The notes: generated by a model from the sequence alone, not told the origin. A DNA stretch of 63,977 nucleotides, filler included, from Octopus bimaculoides (GCF_001194135.2; 9 parts of 9 records of this genome joined end to end with filler, not necessarily neighbours in it), one strand, 5' to 3'. Shown: positions 39,060-51,747, counted from the first letter of the whole stretch. Numbers and translations: made by a program.

Positions 39060-39350
39060 CAGAGCTGTGGAGGCGGAGTCAGAGTCATGAAGATGGAGTC
39101 AGAAACAGTTAAGGGATAGCTGGAGTCAGTAAAACTATACCGACTCTGATTCTGACTCACAATGTCTTTATTCTTTAACATAAACCAGTTATGGCCTAAA
39201 GGCCTACTCAAAGTACAAGTGTATGCATATGCTTTATGAGATATATAGACCACAATCGCTTAATTACATAAAGTGGAGTCAGAGCTGGGGTGCCAATACT
39301 ACAGGAGTCAGAGTCGGAGTCGAAGTTTTTGTTTTGACTCCACTGCCCTG
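39060..39350. mobile_element. hAT-type MITE with GGAGTC subterminal repeats
   Basis: Ends CAGAGCTGTGGAGGC / GACTCCACTGCCCTG; 8-bp flanks GTAAACAT and ATTACCAT match 5/8. Confidence 0.7.
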
Positions 39351-39361
39351 ATTACCATCCT

Positions 39362-40750
39362 ATACTCTTTTACTCTTTTACTTGTTTCAATCATTTGACT
39401 GTGGCCATGCTGGAGCATCGCCTTTACAGTCGAGAAAATTGGCCCCAGAGATTATTCTTTGTAAGCCTAGTACTTATTCTATCGTCTCTTTTGCTGAACT
39501 GCTAAGTTATGGGGACATAAACACTCTGACATCAGTTCTCAAGCGATGCTGGGGGGACAAACAGACACACAAACACACACACACACATACATACATACAT
39601 ACATATATATATGTATATATATATCATCATCATCATCATCATCGTTTAACGTCCGCTTTCCATGCTAGCATGGGTTGGACGATTTGACTGAGGACTGGTG
39701 AAACCGGATGGCAACACCAGGCTCCAGTCTGATTTGGCAGAGTTTCTACAGCTGGATGCCCTTCCTAACGCCAACCACTCAGAGAGTGTAGTGGGTGCTT
39801 TTACGTGTCACCCGCACGAAAACGGCCACGCTCGAAATGGTGNNNNNNNNNNNNNNNNNNNNNNNNNNNNNNNNNNNNNNNNNNNNNNNNNNNNNNNNNN
39901 NNNNNNNNNNNNNNNNNNNNNNNNNNNNNNNNNNNNNNNNNNNNNNNNNNNNNNNNNNNNNNNNNNNNNNNNNNNNNNNNNNNNNNNNNNNNNNNNNNNN
40001 NNNNNNNNNNNNNNNNNNNNNNNNNNNNNNNNNNNNNNNNNNNNNNNNNNNNNNNNNNNNNNNNNNNNNNNNNNNNNNNNNNNNNNNNNNNNNNNNNNNN
40101 NNNNNNNNNNNNNNNNNNNNNNNNNNNNNNNNNNNNNNNNNNNNNNNNNNNNNNNNNNNNNNNNNNNNNNNNNNNNNNNNNNNNNNNNNNNNNNNNNNNN
40201 NNNNNNNNNNNNNNNNNNNNNNNNNNNNNNNNNNNNNNNNNNNNNNNNNNNNNNNNNNNNNNNNNNNNNNNNNNNNNNNNNNNNNNNNNNNNNNNNNNNN
40301 NNNNNNNNNNNNNNNNNNNNNNNNNNNNNNNNNNNNNNNNNNNNNNNNNNNNNNNNNNNNNNNNNNNNNNNNNNNNNNNNNNNNNNNNNNNNNNNNNNNN
40401 NNNNNNNNNNNNNNNNNNNNNNNNNNNNNNNNNNNNNNNNNNNNNNNNNNNNNNNNNNNNNNNNNNNNNNNNNNNNNNNNNNNNNNNNNNNNNNNNNNNN
40501 NNNNNNNNNNNNNNNNNNNNNNNNNNNNNNNNNNNNNNNNNNNNNNNNNNNNNNATATATATATATATATATATATACATATACACGATGGGCTTCTTCC
40601 AGTTTCCGTCTACCAAATCCACTTACAAGGCTTTGGTTGGCCTGAGGCTATAGTAGAAGACACTTGCCCAAGGTGCCACGTAGTGGGACTGAACCCGGAA
40701 CCATGTGGTTGGTAAGCAAGCTACTTACCATGCAACCACTCCTGCACCTA
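39362..40750 (-). mobile_element. SINE family A with an RTE 3' UTR copy (39624-39842+) nested in its microsatellite; spans a gap
   Basis: Family A tail at 39362-39600 and head at 40575-40750; (CAT)n-tailed RTE end between them. Confidence 0.8.
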
Positions 40751-42007
40751 TGTGTCTTTTTTTTTTTTTTGTTTCCAAGCATAGCGTTTCTAGAATCACA
40801 TAATCCAGTGATAATGCATAACCTTTTAAAGACATTAGGCGTGACATGAAGGAATTTAGCTGCTATTTCAAACTGGTTGTATAACCATGTAAAGACTCCC
40901 CTCACTGGCTTACATTTGGGCATGACATTATGTTGTGTATGTGTTGAGTAAAGCTTTTGATGACTGTGTGTTGGTTGAACGTGTGTGATATTTGTCTCTG
41001 TTGGATATTTTAATAAAGAGGTTGGAAATGACAACAAATAAAAATAAGTCTATAAATAAATGGTGTCAGAGAGTTTTGTAGAATATATGTATGTGTGTAT
41101 GTACATATGTGTATGTATGCATATATGTGTATACATGTATATGTGTGTGTGTGTCTGGTGAAATACATGTTTACTGATTGTCTGTGTGTGTGTAGAAAGC
41201 CATATAAACTTATATTGAGATAGAGAAAGAATGTGTGGCAAAAGAAAGATTTGCTGGGAGTAGGCATTTTGACTGGGGATGGCAGAATGAATTTGAAAGA
41301 TGCTGAGTGGGATAGAACAACTGGAGGGGAAGAAGAAGAAAATGGAAAGAATGAGGAGAGTAGCAGATAAAAACTTACTTTGAGAATGGCATATATAGAG
41401 AGAAATAGAGAAAGTGTAAGAGAAAGAAAGTGAGAGTTAAATAGAAAGACAAATATATGGAGCCTGAGAGAGCGAGAAAGAGAGAGAGAGGCAAAAAAAG
41501 AAAGAAAAAAACAAGAAAGCAATAGACATACAATACAGAAGAAAGGTGGAGACATAAAATGCAGAGGAGGAAGTGAAAGAGAGAAAGTGACAGGTACAAA
41601 CTGATAGAGAGGAAGTGAAAGGCAGAAAATAAAAGACTTCAGGATACAAAGGGAAGAAGGAAAAGTATACAATCCCAGACACATACTTTCTCTCTCTGTC
41701 TCTGTCTGTTTGCCTCTCTCTCACTCTCTCTGTCTCGGTTTGTCTGCCTCTTTCTTTCTCTCTCTCTCTCTCTCTCTGTGTCTCTGTCTCGGTCTCTCTG
41801 AATGTCTTTCTCTGTCTCCATCTGTCTATCCCTCTCTTTCTTTCTACCTCCATCTGTCTCTCACTCTCTCTCTCTCTCTCTCTGTTTCCATCTTTCTCTC
41901 TCTATCTCTCTTTCCAGCTCTCTCTCTCAATCCAGCTCACTCTCTCTCTCCCTCTCTCTCCCTCTCTCCCCCTCTCTCTTCCTCTCTCTCTCCCTGTCCC
42001 CCCCTCT

Positions 42008-42554
42008 CCCTTTGGCATTTAAACTGGCCATATCCAACCCAAATATTCCACCTGCTTTATGTTAAAGCTGACCAGATCCAACCTCTCACACTTACCCTAC
42101 AATGTCATTATAAAAATATACAAACACACCATCGAAATTTTTAAGCACAATTAATTCAAAACAATGTGAACAAGAACACTCAGAGAGCACAAACCTCTGT
42201 CAAGGCAACACCAACGCCCTCTCAACGATTAGCCAGAGATGATTTTTAAAATGAGAATATCTAAAATAAACTTGAATGCTCTCACAAACGAGAATACTAA
42301 AAATGAACCCAACCACTCTCAAATATTAAGTAAAAAAAAAAAACAGGAAAAATAATCCAGAATCCTAATCAGTTTGTGCCAGTCATGAAGTGATACATCC
42401 CTGAAAGTTTCATCTGAATCCATCCAGTGGTTCTTGAGATATCTTGTCAACAGACAAACAAACAAACATAACTGAAAACAATACTTCTGCCTTTGCTAAG
42501 GTGGAGGTAATAAATAAGTGTTATATTTGATAAAGTATTCTGAATGCTAAAAGG
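42008..42554. mobile_element. piggyBac-like MITE interrupted by a Helentron/HINE-like insert
   Basis: Homologous to 52681-52886; ends GCTAAAAGG-TTAA. Confidence 0.7.
42169..42510 (+). mobile_element. Non-autonomous Helentron/DINE-like element
   Basis: Subterminal (CAAA)n tract and 3' hairpin ACTTCTGCC..AGGTGGAGGT-AA, related 5' ACCTCTGTCAAGG, inserted in an AT-rich site. Confidence 0.55.
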
Positions 42555-42559
42555 TTAAG

Positions 42560-43200
42560 GATGATAACAGCAGTTGCTTATAACGACTGTGTATGTCACA
42601 TTGAATCTCCTTCTTTCCTTGCTAACCCTCATTGTGGCTTTCATATGGCCAGATCTACTGAAGGCTTACATTTTCCAGTCACTCCCCAATATGGATCTCA
42701 CCTGCAAAGAAATTCAGTGAAACCAGTGTCAGGGGTTTTGACACCATTTAAGCTTTGGTATGCAAATCTCTTGACAAAACTCTACCCCTATGAACTTTAA
42801 TCCTTCTCTCTCTTCTCTCTTAAATCAGTGATTCTCTGTCAGATTACACCGTAATGGTAGGTGTTAATGGTGCTCTCTCTGACTCACACCTTTTCAAATA
42901 TGGTGTATACGAGGGTTTGATTTTGTTATTCTACACTTTTTCTTCTATATTTCAATGATCTATTTTTCATCACTTTCGACAATACCTACACCCTATGCTA
43001 AAAATACCACCTCTCACTCCTCTCTAACCTTCTGCACCCATGCATCATCAACATGCAACCCAAACACTCACATCAAACATGCACTGAGTCCAGGACCAGA
43101 GACCTTAAAGGCATCCTACAATGTGACTTACTCCAGTCATATTTCCTTCAACAATGCAAAGACACAATAATGCAAAACGTTATCACTGACCCTAAACAGC
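42560..43200 (+). pseudogene. CR1/L2/Jockey-type reverse transcriptase remnant
   Basis: Frameshifted motifs GFDT..LWYANLLTKL, VGVNGALS..YGV.EG, TLFLLYFNDL and YAKNTT (YADD-like). Confidence 0.7.
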
Positions 43201-43249
43201 AAGGTCTTTATCATCATCATCATCATCATCATCATTGTCGTTGTGGCCA

Positions 43250-43865
43250 TTGTTGTTGTTGTCATTGTCATCATCATCATCATTTAACATCTATTCTCCA
43301 TACTCACATAGGTTGGACAGCTTGACAGGACCTGCCAAGACCAGCAAGGGCTGCACCATGTTCCATAGTCTGACTTAGGTGAATTCTACAGTTAAATACC
43401 CTTTCTAATATCCACCACTTTACAGAGTGCACTGGGTGCTTTCTATTTGGCACCATCACCAGTGCTTTTTAGGCAAAACCAGTGCCAATGCTTTTCATGT
43501 GACACCAGCATCAGTGCCTTTTATGTGGCACCAGCACCAGTGCTTTTTATGTGGCACCAGCACTAGTGCTTTTTATGTGACACCATCACTGATGCTTTTT
43601 ATATGTGACACCAACATCTGTGCCTTTTATGTGGCACCATCACTGATGCTTTTTATGTGACACCAGCACCAGTGCCTTTTATGTGGCACCAGCACTAGTG
43701 CTTTTTATGTGACACCATCACTGATGCTTTTTATATGTGACACCAGCATCTGTGCCTTTTATGTGGCACCATCACCAGTGTCTTTTATGTGGCACCATCA
43801 CTGATGCTTTTCATGTGGCACCAGCACCAGTGCCTTTTATGTGGCACCAGCACCAGTGCCTTTTA
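43250..43865 (-). repeat. RTE 3' end whose UTR motif is expanded into a 24-27 bp minisatellite (about 43430-43865)
   Basis: About 17 units of TGCTTTTTATGTGGCACCAGCACCAG, directly continuous with a (CAT)n-tailed RTE end. Confidence 0.8.
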
Positions 43866-44423
43866 CCAAGATTTGAACTAAATGTCATGTGATATTTTGT
43901 TTGCTTTATAGTTTGAGTTCAAATCCTACTAAAGTCAACTTTATTTTTGATCCTTTCATGGTTGGAGTGAGGCCAATAAATAGAAAAAGAATATGAATAT
44001 TTCATGTATTGGAGTCTGATTTAATTGACTNNNNNNNNNNNNNNNNNNNNNNNNNNNNNNNNNNNNNNNNNNNNNNNNNNNNNNNNNNNNNNNNNNNNNN
44101 NNNNNNNNNNNNNNNNNNNNNNNNNNNNNNNNNNNNNNNNNNNNNNNNNNNNNNNNNNNNNNNNNNNNNNNNNNNNNNNNNNNNNNNNNNNNNNNNNNNN
44201 NNNNNNNNNNNNNNNNNNNNNNNNNNNNNNNNNNNNNNNNNNNNNNNNNNNNNNNNNNNNNNNNNNNNNNNNNNNNNNNNNNNNNNNNNNNNNNNNNNNN
44301 NNNNNNNNNNNNNNNNNNNNNNNNNNNNNNNNNNNNNNNNNNNNNNNNNNNNNNNNNNNNNNNNNNNNNNNNNNNNNNNNNNNNNNNNNNNNNNNNNNNN
44401 NNNNNNNNNNNNNNNNNNNNNNN

Positions 44424-44499
44424 ACCACCGCCGTCCTCTGCCGCTATCACCACCGCCATCACCACCTCAATCACTAACTCCATCTCCACCACCACCACC

Positions 44500-44531
<32 letters not shown>

Positions 44532-44862
44532 CAACAACAACATTACCACTGACATCACCATCATCATCATCACCGTCATCATGGCGATGGTGGTGATCAT
44601 CAATATCATCATCATAATCACCACCACCACCACCACCAACACCACCGCCGCTGCTGCCGTCACCACCACATCATCATCATCATCATCAACGTTGTATTGT
44701 CCTTCCTTATCTAATCCTCTTCATTCTGGACCGCTGTTTCCATGACGATCCATCGTGTTTGATTTGGTTCGTCCTGTATCAGTTAAGTCTATCTCATTCA
44801 CCTTATTAACACTTAGATATCTATTTTCCTACTGACTACATAATTACTTGCTGCTGCTGCTG

Positions 44863-44894
<32 letters not shown>

Positions 44895-45075
44895 GCAGCC
44901 ACCACTACTGCTGCTACTACTGTGCTAAGGCTACTGCAAATATGACCAAGACTACAACTACTACTACTACTACTACTACTACGATTACTAACAACAGTAC
45001 AAGGCTGTCTGCCACCACCACCACCATGATCATCACTATAGCCTCCACTACCACCACCACCAATACCACCATCAG
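44424..45075. repeat. Low-complexity trinucleotide block (ACC/AAC/CAT/CTA)
   Basis: Mixed trinucleotide tracts. A similar block lies at 57531-57830. Confidence 0.85.
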
Positions 45076-45719
45076 TACCATTTCTTTTCCCTTCTCTTCT
45101 TTCACAGTCTAATTGTAAAGACAACAATCTGATTTAGACACCTGAAAAACTTGTTAAAGAGTGCACAGGTTAGTAACTCTCAATGCTGCCCCTCATTCTC
45201 TTTCTCACTCCCACGCTCTCTTTCTATCGCACTCTCTCCCATTTTGTGTCATCCTGTCTAAGTGTCTTTCTCTTCCCCTCTCTCTCGCTTTCTGACAGTC
45301 TTATCTTATACTTTCTTCTTCTCCCTGTGTTATACTCTGCCTCTCGTCCCACTCTCTCTCCCACTCTTTCAAGCACTTTTGGTACCACTTTTCTTTTCGC
45401 TGTTCAGTTGCTTACTGCTTGTGATTATGTCAACATGTGTATATGTGTATGCATATATACTTATATATATATATATATATATATNNNNNNNNNNNNNNNN
45501 NNNNNNNNNNNNNNNNNNNNNNNNNNNNTTAATTAATTAANNNNNNNNNNNNNNNNNNNNNNNNNNNNNNNNNNNNNNNNNNNNTATATATATAAATATA
45601 CAGAGAGAGAGAGAGTTTTTGATGTGATGTACGGATATTCTACATTTGAAATATTAAAAGTATATAACCATCCAGCATTCTGACTACTTCATTATTCTAA
45701 ATATATATATAGTGCCCCC

Positions 45720-46300
45720 TGGACTGGCCCCCATGCCAGTGGCATGTAAAAAGCACCATCCCAACATGGTCAGTGCCAGGTCTGCCTGACTGGCTCACGT
45801 GCTAGTGGCATGTAAAAAGCACCAACCAAATGTGGCCAATGCCAGCAATTTTGAGGGGAGGATTTTAATCAATTGCATTAACCTCGGTACATGACTGGCT
45901 TTTTGTTTTATCCCCCACCCCAGCCCAAAGGGATGCAAGGCAAAGCTGACCACTGTGGGATTTGAACCCCAAAATTAAAAAGCTGAATCAAATACTGTTA
46001 AGCATTGTTTATTTCTCAATGCTCCACACCAGCTTAATAATGATTATTAATTTAAATACAAGGCTAGGAGAATAATCGATTACATCATCATCATCATTAA
46101 ATATCCGTTTTCCATGCTGGCATAGGTTGTATGGTTTGACAGGAGGTGCCAGGCTGGAGAGCTGCAGCAGGCTCCAATTCTGTTTTGGCGTGGTCTCTAT
46201 GGCGGGAGATCCTTTCTAATGCCAACAACTTTTCAGATTGTACTGAGTGCTTTTCACATGGCACCAGCACATGTGCTTTTCATGTGGCACCAGCACCAGT
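45720..46300. mobile_element. Decayed RTE 3' UTR fragments (45720-45845, 46083-46300) and SINE B fragments
   Basis: GTGGCATGTAAAAAGCACC motifs, CAT tail and CpG-decayed family B core. Confidence 0.6.
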
Positions 46301-46649
46301 GGGGTCTCTAGACAAAGAACTCTGAGTTGAGAGAGGGCATGGAACTGAAGGAAGTGGCTGTGTGCCAAGCGAGGGGTTAGAGTATGATAGAGGGACAGAG
46401 ACAGCTGTCTTACTATAGAGGTACTTGGCTGTCTTGGTAAGACAAGGAAGGAAAAGGAAAGTGGAAGAGAGTTAAGGCAAAAGATAGAGAGACAGTCAGA
46501 GTAAGATAGAGAGAGTGAAAGACAAAAATTGACCAAGGCAGCATTTGAACTCAGACTATAAAAAGCCATAAGACATACTGCACAGCATTTCTTCTAATTT
46601 TGTTTTTGGATTTGGTTTGCAAGATTCTTTATGTGAATTCATGTGTCGA

Positions 46650-46825
46650 AGCATATTTTGTTGTGTTTGGGAAGAGTCATTCTCGTTTAGTGCCTTATTA
46701 TTTAACACACTCACTGGTAAAGTTTCCACTCATTTATTTATTTATGAGTGGAAACTTTACCAGTGAGTGTGTTAAATAATAAGGCACTAAAAGAGAATGA
46801 CTCTCCCCAGGCACAACAAAATTTC
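46650..46825. repeat. Near-perfect palindrome: 61-bp arms (60/61), 10-nt loop, extending to about 85 bp
   Basis: 46673-46733 is the reverse complement of 46744-46804 with one mismatch. Confidence 0.95.
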
Positions 46826-47734
46826 TTCCAATGTTCTGATGATTCTGCCAGCTTGCCATGCTACACTAATTTCATAATTCTTTCTAATTTTGATATAAGA
46901 TCTCAAAAATTTCGGAGAAGCAGTCTAGTGGGGCACATTAAAACCAGTGCTTGCCTGGTGTTTTATTTTATCAACCCTGAAAGGCTGAAAGGCAAAGCTG
47001 ATCTCAGTGCTATTTGAACTTAGAATGTAAGGAATAGGAAAAAATGCTGTTAAGTTTTTCGTCGGAGGTGCTAATGGTTTTGGCAGCTCACAACCTTAAC
47101 AATAATATTAATGAGAAAAGTTTACTAAATCCTTCCAAATCTTGATTATAAAAATTAATTAAATCGTATGCAGTGAATTTCAATGGAAATACAGTGCCAA
47201 AAGGGTTAAGATATTCTTTGTTCTCAATTTTCAGAAAATATCAGTAGTGAAGGTGAGGGTAAGAATGGTGTCAATCCTTGTCACTCCTCCACAAATTGAT
47301 AAATCTTTTGATGCTCATACTTTAAGAAAAAAAACACAAAAAAACCCTGCCATTTCAGAAATGTTATAACAATGAGACACAGCTGTGTTTTTTAAAATTA
47401 TAACAACAGATATGTCTCTCATACTCTTAAACAATGACTCATGAACCATACTACTGGAGCACTTAACTTAGCTGAACTTGTCCTCTGCATTACTGGGTGT
47501 CTGATCTTAAACAAAAACTACTGACTTCCAAAACTGAGCTTTGTTTGTCTTGAATGAAACACAAATAAATGCCCACACATCAAAGATTTTTCTCCATTAT
47601 GACTTCTTTTAGCTGCCATTAAAGTTTTCTTCCTCTGTTTTACTTATTTATTAACTAAAAATATGTCAATAATATGTAAGCATGAAATAACTTACATGTA
47701 TATATATATAAATGTGTGTGTGTGTATATTTATA

Positions 47735-47789
<55 letters not shown>

Positions 47790-47852
47790 GTTTATATGTG
47801 TGTGTACATATATATATATATGTATGTATGTATGTATATATATATATACATG

Positions 47853-47886
<34 letters not shown>

Positions 47887-47988
47887 CATGTGTATGTAGC
47901 AACAGAAAGGATATAAAACCATAGAGACCAAAAATGGGACAGACAGATATTGTCACACTAAACAGGAAGTGACCCCAGCCAACATGGT

Positions 47989-47993
<5 letters not shown>

Positions 47994-48064
<71 letters not shown>

Positions 48065-48420
48065 TTAACATCCATTCTCCATGCTGACATGTGTTGGACA
48101 GTTTGACCGGGCTGGTATGCTGGAAGACTACCAGACTCCAGTCTGATTTGGCATGGTTTTCTTGGGCTGGATTCCCTTCCTAATGCCAACCACTCTGAGA
48201 GTGTAATGAGTGCTTTTATGTGCCACTGGCATAGTTGCCATTTGTGTGACACTGGAGTGCCTTTACATGCCAACCGGCACAGGTGCCAATTTGCATGACA
48301 CCAGAGTCTGCCACGATTGTGATTTTGCTCAGCTTAATGGGTCTTCTTCTTAAGCACAACATAACGCCAAAGGTCTTGGTCATTGCCTACGTGAGGCCCA
48401 ACACTCGAAAGTGGGTGTAA
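47994..48420 (-). mobile_element. RTE 3' UTR copy with long (GAT)n tail
   Basis: About 23 CAT units followed by TTTAACATCCATTCTCCATGCTG...CCTTCCTAATGCCAACCACTCTGAGAGTG. Confidence 0.8.
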
Positions 48421-49004
48421 AATGACAATGCTGATATTGATCATCATGATGATGGTGGCAATGATGATGATAATGAAAGTGATGAGAAATGATGACAACC
48501 CATACAAGTATGGAAAAACGGATGTATAAAGATGATGATATAAGCATATGTGTATATATATATATATGGTGTATGTGTGTGTTGGAATGTATATACAAAT
48601 ATCAAAAAAGTCTAACACCACCACATACTCCTCCCGCCCCTTTATGATTACCATTCCTTTCTCTCTTTCCATTACATTCTACTCCTCCCCACCAAATAAA
48701 CACAGAATGGCCCACATGCCCCAATCGACCTTTTCATTGGTGGAAATTGATAAGCATTCTTCAGTTATACATTTGCTGCTTCCAACGTTAATGCCATATC
48801 ACCTGAGGAAATGAACACATGAACTGTGATCCACCCAATATCCATGGATATTATGGACTGTACTGTAATCATGCCAGGAATACGGACTATGATCATAAGA
48901 ATCATGTGATTTGTGAAAATGCGCGTAGTAATGCATTAAAATATTTATAAGTTCTATCTATGGATTATCATCATCATCATCATCATCATCATATTATTAT
49001 TATT

Positions 49005-49342
49005 ATTATTATTGTTCAGTAGTTTTATTTTTATAACGCCTTGGGTATGTGCTGTGGTTTGCTGTGGTGCTCTTATGTTTACTGTATTGAAAGTGTTTTG
49101 CGTAGAATGTGTGCAGTACCCAGTAGTGCAATTTTCTGTATGTTATATATATTTGTAAGTCCTGGTGTTTTTGTTATGTATTTGTCTGAATATTTTTTTA
49201 TTATACCTAAGGCACCTACTATGATAGGAATTGTTTCTGTTTTTAGATTCCACATTCGAGTTACCTCTATTTCCAGGTCTTTGTATTTTGAAAGTTTTTC
49301 CATTTCTTTTAGAGAAACGTTGTCATCTGCTGGTATTGATAC
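49005..49342 (-). mobile_element. Dong/R4-clade LINE 3' end (restriction-like endonuclease domain) with (AAT)n tail
   Basis: VSIPADDNVSLKEMEKLSKYKDLEIEVTRMWNLKTETIPIIVGALG...QKIALLGTAHILRKTLSIQ*; no stops; truncated by a gap. Confidence 0.85.
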
Positions 49343-49442
49343 NNNNNNNNNNNNNNNNNNNNNNNNNNNNNNNNNNNNNNNNNNNNTTAATTAATTAANN
49401 NNNNNNNNNNNNNNNNNNNNNNNNNNNNNNNNNNNNNNNNNN

Positions 49443-49638
49443 GTGCGGGTGACACGTAAAAGCACCCACTACACTCTCTGAGTGGTTGGCGTTAGGAAGG
49501 GCATCCAGCTGTAGAAACTCTGCCAAATCAGACTGGAGCCTGGTGTTGCCATCCGGTTTCACCAGTCCTCAGTCAAATCGTCCAACCCATGCTAGCATGG
49601 AAAGCGGACGTTAAACGATGATGATGATGATGATGATG
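49443..49638 (+). mobile_element. RTE 3' end, young copy
   Basis: GTGGTTGGCGTTAGGAAGGGCATCCAGCTG...GCGGACGTTAAAC(GAT)n. Confidence 0.85.
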
Positions 49639-50274
49639 AACTTCCTCTTCATTATTGCAAGACACTGAATCTGTGCTTAAGTATGTTTTAAGTGTCTCTG
49701 GTATAATATTAAGAACATTTTCATTTATTGCAAGACAGTAAGAATTTTTAGGAGATAAAATTACTCATTTTTTCATTTCTTCTGGTGTGCAGTTGTAGAA
49801 AATTTCTGGGTACAAATTGAAATGCAAAAGAATGAAATAATAAATGGATTTATGAAAGTTTGGCAATTGCATTTATCTCCACACGCGACACTTATTGCAA
49901 ACACATTTTAAATAACCTATACTATACACACACTCAAATACATTCATATATGCCAGACAAAATGATTACAGTATATACTTATGTCCCTCTATGCTTTGAG
50001 TTCAAATCCAGTGAAGGTTGACTTTAACTTCCAGTACTCCAGAATCAACATTATAGTTATAGATAAAATACCAGAGATGGTCTGATCTACCACAGATTAG
50101 CAGAACATGTTATTCGAAACATGGCAGAATCATAAGCAAGGGAGATTTATTTCTCATGATCTGAACACTTTAAGAGTAGGGTTAAACATTGGTCTTTAAA
50201 AGTTCTTTGAGATTTCAGAAACATTGACAGTATTTTAGTATACTAGTGTCACAGTACAAAGAAAGAGAACTTAC

Positions 50275-50332
50275 AATGTCAATCATAGCTGCCAACTTTG
50301 GAATAGGCAAGGTAGTGTATAACTTGAGGAAA
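50275..50332 (-). CDS. EIF3L: eIF3 subunit L internal exon (58 nt): (S)FLKLYTTLPIPKLAAMIDI
   Basis: Acceptor TTTTTTTTTTTCTCTCTTCAG, donor GTAAGT, phase 2 to 0. Matches human EIF3L RSFLKLYTTMPVAKLAGFLDL as recalled from memory. Confidence 0.88.
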
Positions 50333-50894
50333 CTGAAGAGAGAAAAAAAAAAAAGTTACGATTGTATCAAAACTCAGAAAATATCAAAGAACAAATCACA
50401 AAATTATTTGAGTAGCTCAGATACTTGAACACATGGACAGTGTGGTGGATTATTAGCTGAGACACTGACTATATTCATTAGTTCTGAGATGATATACTCT
50501 CAGATTGACTACATAAATATGAAGCTTCTAAAGTTCACTGGATTACAGGATTCACTACCTGCTGGGAAACTTATAATGTTATGCTGTTAGTGCAACTAAC
50601 ATGCATACCATTATAGTAAATGTCTTCACTGTGGGAGTATAGCTAAACCATACAACTGAAATAATAGCAGGTATATTGCAATGGTTGCAATAGAGAGGTT
50701 TGAATCATGACTGTGCAGCACCAGAAAGTCTAGCACCTAAACCTTATTGTCACTTAGTCTCTATCATTGCTGATAGAATTTACAAGAGCCACAGTAATAC
50801 ACTATCAACATTAGAGATATCAGTGTAAAACCTACATCTCTAAATACTTTAGCCTAGACCTGTGGCCACCAACTGATCCCTAATTTTTTACAGA

Positions 50895-51350
50895 CATATA
50901 CAAGTGTTGAGGCAAGTGAAAGCGAAATCGTGATGGCACCTGTACCAGTGGAGCACTAAGAGCACCATCCGAGCGTGATTGTTGCCAGAGCACCAGCTGT
51001 CTGGCTTCCGTGCCGGTGGCACGTAAATAGCACCATTTGCCAGTGGCAAGTGAAAAGACATTCGAGCGAGATCGTTGCCAGTACCGCTGGACTGGCTCCT
51101 GTGCATGTGGCACGTAACATACACCTTTTCGAGCGTGGCCGTTGCCAGTACCGCCTGACTGGCCTTCATGCCGGTGGCACGTAAAAGCACCCACTACACT
51201 CTCGGAGTGGTTGGCGTTAGGAAGGGCATCCAGCTGTAGAAACTCTGCCAAATCAGATTGGAGCCTGGTGTAGTCACCTGGTTCACCAATCTTCAGTCAA
51301 ATCGTCCAACCCATGCTAGCATGGAAAGCGGACGTTAAACGAGTATGATG
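50895..51350 (+). mobile_element. 5'-truncated RTE copy (3' UTR) in an eIF3L intron, antisense to the gene
   Basis: Colinear with 57065-57430 and continues to the (GAT)n tail. Confidence 0.9.
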
Positions 51351-51747
51351 ATGATACAAGGAACAGAGATTGATCATAAAATAGTAATCACATGAAATAT
51401 CATGTAAAAAAAAGAAAAAAGAAAAAAAAAAGCCCACCCAAAACTGGAAAAATGGAGATGTTGACAAGAAACAATAGTTCAACAAGAAAGGTATTTGCAT
51501 CATTTGTAATACATTGAGGAAGGATGTTGTTATCAACAACTTCACCAATGATGCTTTGCCAAGAAAATGTCAGTTCTCTCAAGACTTTTCTTTAACTGTG
51601 GAGTTCCATGTAGGGAAAATAAAACTAAGAGTTTACTTTCCTTGCCAGGACATGCAACATGTTGTGAGTGATTGGTGTTGGCTATCTTTAATAACTGTTA
51701 ACTGTGAGAAAGAAAAGAGGGATGGTAACACTAAAAAACCAAATTAC

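Noticed and set aside
45107-45167. Strong plus-strand acceptor/donor pair (61 nt)
   Set aside because: Stops in all three frames and no supporting neighbours.
48690-48836. Minus-strand acceptor followed by GDMALTLEAANV*, as the eIF3L terminal exon
   Set aside because: No similarity to the conserved eIF3L C-terminus, and the phase is incompatible with the exon ending at 50275.
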